Virus record (IMG/VR): IMGVR_UViG_3300025687_000049
Span: 1 to 58,681 of that record
From: a virus
Lineage: Duplodnaviria > Caudoviricetes
Length of the DNA stretch: 58,681 nt
Reading direction: 5' to 3' (one strand)
The notes beneath the pieces were generated by a model. That model ran no database searches. It saw nothing but the letters and a program-made list of their open reading frames with translations, and was not told where the DNA came from. Shown one piece after another: positions 27,238-37,128 of this stretch; position 1 is the stretch's first letter, and every line of letters starts with the position of its first letter. The translations under genes and the position numbers were made by a program.

Positions 27238-28065
27238 ATGAGTAAACATGCTGTAAAGTTATTAGCGCAAGGACTGTCAATAGGGGAGGATACCGGATTT
27301 GTAGAGTGTCCATTCTGTATGGCTGCACATGAAGAGAAATTCAGTGTTACCCGTACGGTAACCGGACTACTGTATAACTGCTTCCGAGCATCATGTGGCG
27401 CTTCTGGGTTTATCCCTACCGGATACTGGGATGACGGACCAGCCGCAAGGACCACACCGAAGCCTAAGAACAGACCTTACATAAACGCCCTCTACCTACT
27501 GACAGATATGGATACTACGTTCTTTAAGGAAGAATGGGGTGTAGATCCCATAGACTTCAAGGTAACATCAAAAGATGAGTATGCCTTACCTATCCTACAT
27601 CCTGTAGGGTTCCCCCGGGGATGGGTAATACGGCAACCGGTTTGGAAAGGGGTAACCTCCTGCCCAAGAAAGGGAGTCCCGAATAAACCAAAGGCGCTGA
27701 ACTATAAAGATCGGCATGACCACAGTCGTCTATCCTGGTCACCATGGAGCAGGGTCGTTAACCCTCACCAGGTAGTGGTAGTAGAGGATATAATCTCTGC
27801 CTGGAAGATAGGGCAGTGTTATCGGGATGCTCGTGGTGTCGCCCTCAACGGAGCTAAGATGGGGTATCCTGAGGCAGCTGAGATTGCGAAGGAGAACCCT
27901 ACTTGCGTCACGATATGGTTAGACCCTGATGTAACAAACCAGGCGTACAAGATCCTCCACAGGTGGGGATTGAGTTTCAACTATTGCCGGGTAGTGACCA
28001 GTGATGCAGATCCAAAGGATATGACCCCAAAGCAAATAGAGGAGATATTACATGTGGAGTGGTAA
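27238..28065 (+). CDS. DNA primase (Zn finger + TOPRIM)
   Basis: CPFC...CFRASC, VVVEDIISA, WLDPD, DPKD; start reassigned to 27238. Confidence 0.85.
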   Translation: MSKHAVKLLAQGLSIGEDTGFVECPFCMAAHEEKFSVTRTVTGLLYNCFRASCGASGFIPTGYWDDGPAARTTPKPKNRPYINALYLLTDMDTTFFKEEWGVDPIDFKVTSKDEYALPILHPVGFPRGWVIRQPVWKGVTSCPRKGVPNKPKALNYKDRHDHSRLSWSPWSRVVNPHQVVVVEDIISAWKIGQCYRDARGVALNGAKMGYPEAAEIAKENPTCVTIWLDPDVTNQAYKILHRWGLSFNYCRVVTSDADPKDMTPKQIEEILHVEW

Positions 28066-28276
28066 ACTATTTGTATCAAAAAAACAGAAGAGAAAGGAGT
28101 TGGAAAGTAGACTAGGTCCGAGAGAGTTTATATCGTGGTCGATCGATCGTGGATATGGGTCTTGGTATCAAGACATATACAGTATCCCAGTCCTATGGGG
28201 TGATCTATGTCATGATGACGAGCCACGTTTTCTGACTAGACGAACAGCAAACTTCTACCCCCCCATCAATGCGTAA
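28052..28276 (+). CDS. Hypothetical protein
   Basis: GAGGAG RBS; fills the primase-helicase gap. Confidence 0.5.
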   Translation: MWSGKLFVSKKQKRKELESRLGPREFISWSIDRGYGSWYQDIYSIPVLWGDLCHDDEPRFLTRRTANFYPPINA

Positions 28277-28288
28277 GGAGGATATTGG

Positions 28289-29506
28289 ATGTTAGATGGT
28301 AAGGTGATCGAGGCTGTACTACAGTCTCGGGATGCCTACGAGAAGGTGCGGCAGCACATAGACATAGAGGAGCTTTCGCTCCAGGGACAGACGTGGTTCC
28401 CGTTAATCAAAGGGTGGTACGAAGGAGACCCTAAGGCACGTAGTGTGGATCGATCGATCCTGTTAGAGAAGGGGAAGAGAGAACTTCCCGAGGCACATAT
28501 AGATACCCTGGTTGGGTGGTTAAACGACCTCCCTGAGGTTGACTCTCCGACCAACGTAGTCAAAGACTTACTGGAGTTGAAGAGATACCAGAAAGGGAAT
28601 GCATTAAGCCAAGCGATACAAGCGAGACAAAATGACAAGATTGATACTCTCCTTACCGAGTACAGTGAGCTTAGAAACGCAACTTCACTCGGTACTTCGG
28701 AAATCCATTGGACCATGGACGACGAGGACATGGATTCCTTGCTCGATAAAAGAAACCTTATCAAGGTTGGACCTTCCCGCCTCAACGATAAGTTACTGGG
28801 TGGAGTCATACCAGGGACATCCATCCTCATCTTCGGAAGACCTGAAGCTGGTAAGACTCTCTTCACAGTCAACATGGTTGCAGGATTCCTTAAATACGGA
28901 CATCGGGTCCTGTACATTGGAAATGAGGAAGGTACCTACAGAACCAGGAAGCGAATCGTCAACAATCTGGCTGACGCTGACAATGACGCTTATGAACTCG
29001 ATCCCGAAGGTGTTCTTGCCAAAGCTAAGTCCAGAGGCCTTGATGAGTTATACATCCTCACCATGCATCCAGGATCCATCCCCGAGATCGAAGACATCGT
29101 CAAAGATGTTAAGCCGGCTGTGGTCGTTGTGGATCAAATACGGAACCTGGACCTACCTGGTAAGGGAGGGGATAGTATTACCTCGAAGCTGGGGGAACTC
29201 GGAACACAAATGAGGAACATGGCTGGTCGCCATAAGTTTGTATCTGTGAGTGTAACCCAGGCTGGAGATAAGACAGAAAGACATGGACAGGAGCCACCAC
29301 CTTGGCTTACAATGAGCGATATTGCAGACAATCGTACAAGCTTGGCTGCACAGTTCGATGTGATCTTAGGGGTTGGGTGTACCCAGGCACTGAGAGATTC
29401 TAATACAAGAGCTATCAGTATATGTAAAAACAAGATGTCCGACCAGGAGGATTCCCATGAAGGGTTCATCGTCCAGGTTGATGTCAGAAAAAGTAAGGTG
29501 AGGTAA
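28289..29506 (+). CDS. DnaB-like (SF4) replicative helicase
   Basis: GRPEAGKT Walker A, YIGNEE, VVVVDQ Walker B, VTQA, KNK. Confidence 0.9.
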   Translation: MLDGKVIEAVLQSRDAYEKVRQHIDIEELSLQGQTWFPLIKGWYEGDPKARSVDRSILLEKGKRELPEAHIDTLVGWLNDLPEVDSPTNVVKDLLELKRYQKGNALSQAIQARQNDKIDTLLTEYSELRNATSLGTSEIHWTMDDEDMDSLLDKRNLIKVGPSRLNDKLLGGVIPGTSILIFGRPEAGKTLFTVNMVAGFLKYGHRVLYIGNEEGTYRTRKRIVNNLADADNDAYELDPEGVLAKAKSRGLDELYILTMHPGSIPEIEDIVKDVKPAVVVVDQIRNLDLPGKGGDSITSKLGELGTQMRNMAGRHKFVSVSVTQAGDKTERHGQEPPPWLTMSDIADNRTSLAAQFDVILGVGCTQALRDSNTRAISICKNKMSDQEDSHEGFIVQVDVRKSKVR

Positions 29507-29607
29507 TGAGGCTTACATTTACTTCCAAGGACCGGAAGTATTTGGAATAAGTGGTTGTGGTAGTGATTTCTATGAATACAGAGAATTAGAGAAGGAGTTA
29601 GAAAATA

Positions 29608-29961
29608 ATGGCGGATAACACTTATTACTCGGAGTATGTGCGGGATATGTTTCACAACACTCCGACTGCAGATGATGATGCTAGGATCCTGAGTAACTTC
29701 GGGTCTCTACATGCAGCATGTGGATTAGCTGGAGAGGCAGGAGAGGTCCTGGATCTATTCAAGAAGTGGATCTTTACCCAGAAGAAGTATGATCGTGATG
29801 CATTGATCAAGGAGCTGGGTGATGTAGAGTTTTATCTGCAAGCCCTGCGGAATGAGCTGAAGATAACCCGGGACGAGATCTTGGATGCCAACATGCTAAA
29901 ACTGGCTGCACGACATCCAGAAGGGTTCGAAAATTCAAATTACTATACAGGTGACAAATGA
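29608..29961 (+). CDS. MazG-like nucleotide pyrophosphohydrolase
   Basis: GLAGEAGEV....KK...ELGDV..Y...N..KL..R. Confidence 0.85.
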   Translation: MADNTYYSEYVRDMFHNTPTADDDARILSNFGSLHAACGLAGEAGEVLDLFKKWIFTQKKYDRDALIKELGDVEFYLQALRNELKITRDEILDANMLKLAARHPEGFENSNYYTGDK

Positions 29962-30161
29962 AAGCAGAAATTCCAGCAGAGTTAGTTAGTGCCTTGGTTG
30001 GGCAAGCGATTGTCTTGTGGCAAGAGGCCTATGCTACTGATCCGGATCTCCGGGATGGGTTGTATACGTACGAGCCTTATACACTGGCTGAGACCGTCTT
30101 TTGTATGGGGTATATAGCAGGGAACTTGAATATACAACCAGGTTCAGGAGAAGTCCATTGA
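29958..30161 (+). CDS. Hypothetical protein
   Basis: Coupled ORF. Confidence 0.5.
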   Translation: MKAEIPAELVSALVGQAIVLWQEAYATDPDLRDGLYTYEPYTLAETVFCMGYIAGNLNIQPGSGEVH

Positions 30162-30487
30162 GCGAGATTACCTTGGAACAAGCTCAGGACATCATGTCTC
30201 ATGTTGTATCCCAGAAGGTTCGCTGGGGGAATATGTACGACGGAAGTGATGTCGGGGTGAGCAAGATGCTAGATGCACTTATTGTCTTGGCTAAGGAAGA
30301 CACAGCTGGTGCTAGTGAGGCACGAGCCTCCCTTGCTACAGCTAACCGTCAGCTGGGGGCGGCTAAGGCCCGGGAGACTAAGGATCGTAAACAGATCGAA
30401 ACCCTGAAGGCGGAAGTAGACAGCTTAACCAGATTGGTTGAGAGATTGTCTGAGAAGGGGTTAACGGATGATCAAGAAACACGATAA
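30158..30487 (+). CDS. Coiled-coil hypothetical protein
   Basis: TTG start with AGGAG RBS. Confidence 0.55.
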   Translation: MSEITLEQAQDIMSHVVSQKVRWGNMYDGSDVGVSKMLDALIVLAKEDTAGASEARASLATANRQLGAAKARETKDRKQIETLKAEVDSLTRLVERLSEKGLTDDQETR

Positions 30488-30497
30488 TAGTAATATT
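30457..30497 (+). promoter_or_regulatory. Phage-specific promoter copy B (DNA polymerase block)
   Basis: GGGGTTAACG-N15-CGATAATAGTAATATT. Confidence 0.75.
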
Positions 30498-30510
30498 GAG
30501 AGGAGTATTC

Positions 30511-32424
30511 ATGGACATCCCATGGTTTGTGTCAGACCCGAGTACCGCGTATTATCATAGGGGCAACTATCTAGTACTGGACCTGGAGATCGATACGAGT
30601 TATGGGGACTTCGGTCATCCAGTACACGAGGAGAATCAGATGCTGCTCGCCTGCTGGAGTCTCGGACCCGAACACCCTGCTTTCGAGGAAGAAGGTAAGG
30701 TGTACTCCACCTGGGGGAACGAGTATCAAATGGGTACTCTTCTCAATCACTTGAAGTATGCGAAACTATTGGTGGCGCACAACGCTAAGTATGAACTAGG
30801 TTGGCTCAGTCGATGCGGTTTTGACATCGGCAGCATACTGGTCTATTGTACAAAGATAGGTGAGTATGTGTTGCGCGGCAACCTAGTCAACGTTAGTACG
30901 AGTCTGAATGACTGTTGTGTACGCCGCGGGTGGCCGGCTAAGGATCCTGTAGTCGATCACATGATGTCTAGAGATGTCAACCCGGTAGATATCCCTAGAC
31001 CGTGGCTCCAGGGCAGGTGTATCCAGGATGTCCAAGTAACTGAGCGCCTGTTTAAGCATCAACTGATGCTCCTGGAGTCCACCAATAGGCTCCACCTCGT
31101 ATACACCCGGTGTCTGCTGACTCCTGTCTTAGCTGACATGGAGTTTAAGGGGATGAAACTAGATGGTGATCTAGTTCGAGCAGCCCACGCTGAGGAGACC
31201 TCTAAGGCAGAGAAACTTCGCGTGGAGCTGCAGTCCTATGCAGACATAAACTGGAATAGTGATAAACAGTTCGGTGCCTTCTTGTATGAGGAGATGGGAT
31301 TCGAAGAACCCAAAGACAAGAAAGGAGAGCCGATACGCACAGTAGGTGGTGCCTACAAGGTAGACATCAACACGTTGGCTAAACTCAAGGGACGAACACC
31401 GGAACAACGTAAGTTCCTGAAGGTGTACCAGGACTACACCAAGACGACATCCAGGTTATCGAAATACCTGGACTTTTATCTGACAGTCGTTGAGCACCAT
31501 GGTGGTGTATTCTACGCAACATTCAACCAGACCGTGACTAAGACCCACAGACTATCTAGTAGTGGGATGACAATTGAGTTGGTCGGTATGTTGGATAATA
31601 AAGGGAAGGTTAGGTTCGGTGGGACACAGTTCCAGAACCAGCCTAACGAGTACAAGAAATTCTTTTGTGCCAAAGTGCCTGGATGGTTATTCACGGAGGA
31701 GGATGGTTCAGGTCTAGAGTTCAGGACTGCTGGGCTGGTAGGAGATGACCAGCAGATCAAGGATGACATCAACAATCCTGAATTCGATCCACATAGACGT
31801 ACAGCTAGCATCATCAACAAGGTGCAGGAAGAGGACGTTACCTACGATCAGAGACGCAAGGCGAAGGCGCATACCTTCAAGCCTCTATTCGGTGGGCAGT
31901 CTGGTACTCCAGACGAGAAACGTTACTACACCTCGTTCAATGAGCGATACTCTGGGCTAGTTAAGACCCAGGAGCTGTGGTTAGCGGAGGCGCTTGCAAC
32001 TAAGCGAGTGGTACTTCCTTGGGGTATGCAATTTTACTACCCCTACATTAAGATGGATAAGGGCGGATATGTTAATGAGCGGACAAAGGTGTTTAACGCA
32101 CCGATACAGTCGTTCGCTACAGCTGAGATCATACCGATACAAGCGGTATACTTATGGCACTATGTGCGCCATGAGGAAGGGATAGAGCTGGTCAACACCG
32201 TCCATGATAGTGTGTTAGCTGAGGTTAGCCCAGAAGCCTTAGAGATGTACAAGGAGTGTGTATTAACCTCTTGGCAGGATGTGTACACATACCTAAAGAA
32301 AATGTACAGGTTCAGTCTAGAGGGGCTTCCCTTAGGGACTGAGATAAGTTGGGGGACTCATTGGGGAACCCATGATAATGAAGAAGCTTACAATGTCTGG
32401 GAAGACCAGATCGAAGCAGCATAA
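30511..32424 (+). CDS. polA: DNA polymerase family A with 3'-5' exonuclease
   Basis: LDLE, AHNAKYE, T.RLSS, motif A DGSGLEFR, motif B RRKAKAHTFKPLFG, motif C VHDS. Confidence 0.93.
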   Translation: MDIPWFVSDPSTAYYHRGNYLVLDLEIDTSYGDFGHPVHEENQMLLACWSLGPEHPAFEEEGKVYSTWGNEYQMGTLLNHLKYAKLLVAHNAKYELGWLSRCGFDIGSILVYCTKIGEYVLRGNLVNVSTSLNDCCVRRGWPAKDPVVDHMMSRDVNPVDIPRPWLQGRCIQDVQVTERLFKHQLMLLESTNRLHLVYTRCLLTPVLADMEFKGMKLDGDLVRAAHAEETSKAEKLRVELQSYADINWNSDKQFGAFLYEEMGFEEPKDKKGEPIRTVGGAYKVDINTLAKLKGRTPEQRKFLKVYQDYTKTTSRLSKYLDFYLTVVEHHGGVFYATFNQTVTKTHRLSSSGMTIELVGMLDNKGKVRFGGTQFQNQPNEYKKFFCAKVPGWLFTEEDGSGLEFRTAGLVGDDQQIKDDINNPEFDPHRRTASIINKVQEEDVTYDQRRKAKAHTFKPLFGGQSGTPDEKRYYTSFNERYSGLVKTQELWLAEALATKRVVLPWGMQFYYPYIKMDKGGYVNERTKVFNAPIQSFATAEIIPIQAVYLWHYVRHEEGIELVNTVHDSVLAEVSPEALEMYKECVLTSWQDVYTYLKKMYRFSLEGLPLGTEISWGTHWGTHDNEEAYNVWEDQIEAA

Positions 32425-32446
32425 ATAATATAGACGAGGAAAAGAA

Positions 32447-33046
32447 ATGTCTTTTGAAGATATAGAAGGTACCGTAAATGAATACCAGATCAAAGGTGGT
32501 ACCGGTAAGAATGGTAAGCCCTATGCTTTCCATAACGTGATCGTAGATGGTGTGATGTATCAGAATGGGTTTGACCCAATCGATCCTGCACCGAAGCAAG
32601 GGGACCTGGTGAAGATCCGGTTCACAACAGAGCAGAATGGTAAGTACACCAACCGAACCATCAAGGCCTTCAAGATTGTGGCTGGTGCTGCTGACAATCC
32701 TAATAAGGGGAATACAAAAGTACCTTCGGGGGGTGGTGACCTTGGTGCTGCTTGGGGTAACGCTAGTAATGTTGCTGCAACCGTATTCGCTGCACTGGTG
32801 GAGGCTGAGGCTATCCCACTGTCTGCGAAGGGTACGAAGGGTAACACCGCTAAGCGATTCGATGAAGCGATCGAGATCTTCGACAAGCTGCGAGTCAAGC
32901 TGTTCAAAGACAGCCAAGATATCCAGAGAGTGTTGGATCAACATGCTGACTTCGGTGAGGTAGAGACGAACGAACCTCAGCCTATCCCGGATGGCACAGT
33001 CCCGGACGAGGATGGTGATGACTTCGAGGACGACATCCCTTTCTAG
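32447..33046 (+). CDS. Single-stranded DNA-binding protein
   Basis: OB-like N-terminus, acidic tail ending DDFEDDIPF; follows polA. Confidence 0.7.
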   Translation: MSFEDIEGTVNEYQIKGGTGKNGKPYAFHNVIVDGVMYQNGFDPIDPAPKQGDLVKIRFTTEQNGKYTNRTIKAFKIVAGAADNPNKGNTKVPSGGGDLGAAWGNASNVAATVFAALVEAEAIPLSAKGTKGNTAKRFDEAIEIFDKLRVKLFKDSQDIQRVLDQHADFGEVETNEPQPIPDGTVPDEDGDDFEDDIPF

Positions 33047-33161
33047 CTCTGGTTGATACAGGGTATGCTGCCGGTGGGGTTGAAATCCACCAAGGTAAGG
33101 TCACACTGGCAGCTCCCATATTCAACTGGATGCTAGGCAAAGAATGGGAAGAGGTGAAGTT

Positions 33162-34076
33162 ATGGCACAAAATAAGAAAGGTCCTACTGTGCTAGTAGAT
33201 GCTGACGGGCTGCTCTATGCAGCTGCCGCGGTAGGTGAGGAGAACGTATGGGACTGTATCTTTGAGGACAGTGAGGGGAATCATACCTTCGCCTCCTTAC
33301 GGTACGTGGTAGACATTAAGAAGCATGCAGAGGATCTGAATCTAACGCTAGTCGAGAAGACTGCACGGAAGATCCCTGGTGATGTGACACACTGTCTCCA
33401 TGCAGCGAAGATGACCATGAAGCAGATCCAGGAGCGTTACGGTAAGCGCCTTGAGGTTTACGTGAAGGGAGATGGTACAAACTATAGGGACCAGATATCC
33501 ACCCTCGTAGAGTACAAGGCAAACCGTACACAGGAGAAGCCCCTGTACCTAGAGGAGGTGCGGCAGTATATGATGACGGTGTGGAATGCTATCCCGGTTA
33601 ACGGGAAAGAAGCTGACGATATGATTGCTACACGAGCGTATGAATCAAGCCAGCCATACGTCATCTGCTCACCAGATAAGGATCTTGATCAGATACCAGG
33701 ACTACACTGGAACTACAGAAAGAATGTTGAGTACACGATCTCACAGTTCGAGGCTGACTTCTTCTTCTGGCAGCAATGTCTGTCTGGGGATTCTGCAGAC
33801 CACATAAAAGGGTGCTGGAAGATAGGTCCGGGTATTGCAGAGAAGCTACTCCAAGAGTGGCTCCAGGATGATCCTTCGGAGAGAGACATCTGGGACAACA
33901 TAGTGGAGGTGTATGCAGATAGTATGGGTCTCCCTGGATGTCCCTACGTTGGAATGCCCCCTGAGTTGGTGGCTCTAGAGAACGCACGACTGGTCTGGAT
34001 GCAGACCGAAAACCTAAGACTATGGACTCCTCCAGGTGAGGATCCTGAATACCTTGAAGGAGGTTTAGATGACTAA
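33162..34076 (+). CDS. 5'-3' exonuclease (T7 gp6/FEN-like)
   Basis: VDAD, NYR......YKANR, EADD, DKDL.QIPG, GD.AD.I.G...IG. Confidence 0.9.
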   Translation: MAQNKKGPTVLVDADGLLYAAAAVGEENVWDCIFEDSEGNHTFASLRYVVDIKKHAEDLNLTLVEKTARKIPGDVTHCLHAAKMTMKQIQERYGKRLEVYVKGDGTNYRDQISTLVEYKANRTQEKPLYLEEVRQYMMTVWNAIPVNGKEADDMIATRAYESSQPYVICSPDKDLDQIPGLHWNYRKNVEYTISQFEADFFFWQQCLSGDSADHIKGCWKIGPGIAEKLLQEWLQDDPSERDIWDNIVEVYADSMGLPGCPYVGMPPELVALENARLVWMQTENLRLWTPPGEDPEYLEGGLDD

Positions 34077-34488
34077 GTTATACCTAGCCGGACCAATGCA
34101 GAACCGCCCTAAATTCAACTTCCCTTTGTTCGAAGAAGCAGCGGAGGTGCTACGAGCGAAGGGGTTTGATATCCTATCCCCTGCTGAGCTGGACCGTGAG
34201 CAAGGGGATACAGTAGCTGAGGCACTGGCTAGTGATGATGGGGATATCACAAAGCTTACCTCAACCTGGGGTGACTTCCTCAGCCGTGATGTTAAGATCG
34301 TAGCTGACGAGGTAGGTGGGATTGTATTCCTCCCAGAGTGGGAGGAGTCTAAGGGAGCGCGACTCGAAGCGTATGTTGCACTGGCTTGTGGACACGACGA
34401 GTTCTGGCACTACATCCCTGCAATCAAGACAGCTAAGGGTCTCTCACGTGAGCGTGTAGTGGAGGGTGTACGTGGAAACATATCCTAA
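34069..34488 (+). CDS. DUF4406 / nucleoside 2-deoxyribosyltransferase-like protein
   Basis: YLAGPM....FN.P.F, SPA, LP.WE.S.GA..E. Confidence 0.8.
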   Translation: MTKLYLAGPMQNRPKFNFPLFEEAAEVLRAKGFDILSPAELDREQGDTVAEALASDDGDITKLTSTWGDFLSRDVKIVADEVGGIVFLPEWEESKGARLEAYVALACGHDEFWHYIPAIKTAKGLSRERVVEGVRGNIS

Positions 34489-34903
34489 TATCATAGAAGG
34501 TCAGGTCGATAACGAGAATGTGGTTCTTGAGCTCAAGAAGTGTGTGCAACGTGAGACTGGTTTTGGTCTCTGGAGAGTAGACTTTGACTTCTTTCATGAA
34601 GAGCTAAACCAGCTAACCCAGAAGATAGAAGATCGTGTGATAAAGACACGAGTGTCTAATGCATGGGGTATCATCCATCGCCCGGGTGGTAATGAGGTAC
34701 TCTCTCATACACACAACAAATGGTGGACGGGGATCTACTATCCGAAAGCACATACGGCTCCGCTACTTATCGGTGAAGAGAGGGCTGAGATCTACCCTGA
34801 GCCAGGGTTGTTTGTGGTACTAGAGCCGGGGGAGTTGCATGGGGTAGCTGCTAATGAAAGCACACTCGATAGATACTCAGTGGTGTTTACGTGGCTAGGG
34901 TAG
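34472..34903 (+). CDS. Putative 2OG-Fe(II) oxygenase
   Basis: W......G.....HTH....GIYY, P.PG, HGV..N....R.S..F. Confidence 0.65.
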   Translation: METYPNIIEGQVDNENVVLELKKCVQRETGFGLWRVDFDFFHEELNQLTQKIEDRVIKTRVSNAWGIIHRPGGNEVLSHTHNKWWTGIYYPKAHTAPLLIGEERAEIYPEPGLFVVLEPGELHGVAANESTLDRYSVVFTWLG

Positions 34904-35409
34904 GGAGGAAGTTTAGTGATAGAAGATGGGAAGCAGACGATGGAACAATCTGGGCCTCTAAATTCGAGCATGATGTCTATTACCGACTCGCAGGTGATGG
35001 ATATCGCATCAGAAAATGCGACGAAAGTGATTCCGTTGCTTACCAATCATCCATCAAATCGAGCGTATGCCTGGAATGTGGCAGTTCTAACTGCGTACAG
35101 CTTAGGACATATACCCCTGATCTATATGTGGTGGGGGGTGGCCGGGGAATTATCCGACCGGGATCTGTTGTGGAGTGTAAGGGCAAATTTACTGGGGATA
35201 AAAGGAACCTATTCCGTCAAGTCGCGGCACAATGGGAAGGCTCTAATCTCTGTATCATCTTCCAAGGAAATCGTCTCCCCGGACTCAAGTCCAGCAGCAT
35301 AGAGTGGTGCCAGAAGTTCTGTAAGGATGTACGACCCGGGCTGTGGCATGCCCAGACTAAGAAGTCTGATGCATGGGTAGAGTGGTTCCCTAAAGGAAAA
35401 GATGCATGA
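34891..35409 (+). CDS. Endonuclease I / Holliday junction resolvase (T7 gp3-like)
   Basis: SKFE, YTPD, VECKG.F motifs; inserted CxxC. Confidence 0.75.
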   Translation: MARVGRKFSDRRWEADDGTIWASKFEHDVYYRLAGDGYRIRKCDESDSVAYQSSIKSSVCLECGSSNCVQLRTYTPDLYVVGGGRGIIRPGSVVECKGKFTGDKRNLFRQVAAQWEGSNLCIIFQGNRLPGLKSSSIEWCQKFCKDVRPGLWHAQTKKSDAWVEWFPKGKDA

Positions 35410-35669
35410 ATGAGAAGAGAGCGAAGCGGTTAAGAAAAGCCCTACTCCCTGGTCGAGAAGATACCGGGATGAGTAGAGGGGCATTTATGAGGGGTGTAAA
35501 GGATTACACTGACACAAACGTTAAGGGGTTTGTATTAGAGTTTCCGGAGGTGGAGCCAGGTCAAGGTAGGCCTGAGTTCAGGTGGACTACCCAGACCACC
35601 CGCCTTACAGATGACTCACCCCGAGCTATGTACAAGAGATTTAAGAGGGCAGTAAATGGGCAGCACTGA
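35406..35669 (+). CDS. Hypothetical basic protein
   Basis: MN.K.AK.LRK N-terminus, RA.YK..K C-terminus. Confidence 0.55.
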   Translation: MNEKRAKRLRKALLPGREDTGMSRGAFMRGVKDYTDTNVKGFVLEFPEVEPGQGRPEFRWTTQTTRLTDDSPRAMYKRFKRAVNGQH

Positions 35670-36057
35670 TTTTAACATAGGTATTACAGAGGAGGATCCC
35701 CATGGAGTTTCTCAACACGAGCCAGGTGCTAAACTTGATAAAGGAAAACCAGACGCTAGTCTGCTCCTTATGTTCGGGAAAGCTTTGGTGGCAGTATCAG
35801 AAGTCGGCACCTTCGGCGCGGCCAAATATACTCGCGGAGGCTGGCAGCATGTTCTTGCCGGGGAGGAGCGATATACAGCCGCTCTCCTGCGACATGTGTT
35901 TGAAGAAAATTACTCCAGCTACGACGATGACTCAGGTCTTCTTCATGCTGCTCACGCGGCTTGGAATGCCCTCGCACGACTCGAGCTTATGCTCAGAGAA
36001 GCAGACGGGTATGGTGTTCCACCAATACGTACAGTAGACTCGAGCTTGGAACGCTGA
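35656..36057 (+). CDS. dATP/dGTP diphosphohydrolase-like (DUF5664)
   Basis: K.D.GK....LL, FGA.KY...W, A..RH, D.DSGL.H.AH..WN.L. Confidence 0.85.
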   Translation: MGSTDFNIGITEEDPHGVSQHEPGAKLDKGKPDASLLLMFGKALVAVSEVGTFGAAKYTRGGWQHVLAGEERYTAALLRHVFEENYSSYDDDSGLLHAAHAAWNALARLELMLREADGYGVPPIRTVDSSLER

Positions 36058-36194
36058 TGGCAAATCAACGTGAGATAGATGAAGCTGTACTATATGTCAA
36101 GGAAGCCATGAGTCTGTTGCATGTCATCGATGATGAATATGCAATTGAATGCCTGGAGCAGGCCTTGGAATTCTTACTGGGAGATGGTGAATGA
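36057..36194 (+). CDS. Small acidic hypothetical protein
   Basis: TGATG coupling. Confidence 0.45.
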   Translation: MANQREIDEAVLYVKEAMSLLHVIDDEYAIECLEQALEFLLGDGE

Positions 36195-36934
36195 AGGTTC
36201 TCATATATGATGTCGAGACCGTACCAACAGAAGCCTATGTCTGGAGTGCTTGGAAGCAGAACGTGGCTCCATCTCAAGTCATTGAGCACGGCAGAGTTGT
36301 CTGCTGGGCGGCTAAGTGGCGAGGGGATAAGCAGAAAGATGTTATGTTCGGAGCGGAGTGGACTCCTGGTCAAGATAGCACCAGGTTCATTCGTGACCTA
36401 CATAGTTTGATGGAAGAGGCTGATGCAGTCATCACCTACAACGGTAATAAGTTCGATGATGTAGTGATGAACACTGCCTTCGCTGGGCTGGGGTTAACTC
36501 CCCCACCACCACGTAAGTCGATCGACCTCTACCGAGTAGTGGTGAAGAACTTCCGTTTGTTCCATAACCGTATGGACTCTGTAGCAGCATGGCTAGGGAT
36601 CAAAGGTAAGACCGATACCGGTGGCTTCGACTTGTGGGTTCGTGTGATGAACGAGGATCCGGCAGCGCAGAAGTTGATGGAGAAGTATAACCGGCAGGAC
36701 ATCAAAGTCCTTGAGGATATATACAAGCGTCTCCTCCCTTGGATACCAAACCATCCTACAGATGTATTAGGTCATGAGTGCCCGAGCTGTGGTTCACACA
36801 AGCTCCAGCGACGAGGGTACTACAAGACTAAGGTGTCTGAGTTTCAACGTTTCCAGTGCCAGGACTGTGGTAGCTGGTCACGCAAGAGACTGGCAGACAA
36901 GGGAATAATCAGACCAGAGATAGTAGCAATATAA
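36191..36934 (+). CDS. RNase H-like DEDD exonuclease with C-terminal zinc ribbon
   Basis: YDVET, TYNG.KFD, YN.QD, CPSCG...CQDCG. Confidence 0.8.
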   Translation: MKVLIYDVETVPTEAYVWSAWKQNVAPSQVIEHGRVVCWAAKWRGDKQKDVMFGAEWTPGQDSTRFIRDLHSLMEEADAVITYNGNKFDDVVMNTAFAGLGLTPPPPRKSIDLYRVVVKNFRLFHNRMDSVAAWLGIKGKTDTGGFDLWVRVMNEDPAAQKLMEKYNRQDIKVLEDIYKRLLPWIPNHPTDVLGHECPSCGSHKLQRRGYYKTKVSEFQRFQCQDCGSWSRKRLADKGIIRPEIVAI

Positions 36935-37128
36935 TGTTAACACCAACAGAACGAGTACAGTTACGACGACAGATCACAGCAGATACCTTGGAGATCGTAG
37001 CAGATGAGGTACATGCGATCCACACTGAGGCTAGTGTCCGGGGAGCTTCTGCTGAGTTAAGGCAGATACTTCTATCCTTATACGATAACCTATCACACAG
37101 AGCAAAGGATTATAAAGATGGCAATTGA
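36934..37128 (+). CDS. Hypothetical protein
   Basis: Coupled ORF. Confidence 0.5.
   Translation: MLTPTERVQLRRQITADTLEIVADEVHAIHTEASVRGASAELRQILLSLYDNLSHRAKDYKDGN

Noticed and set aside
35656-36057. 2-aminoadenine (Z) or deazaguanine genome system suggested by DUF5664
   Set aside because: No PurZ, Que/FolE or DpdA-like genes visible
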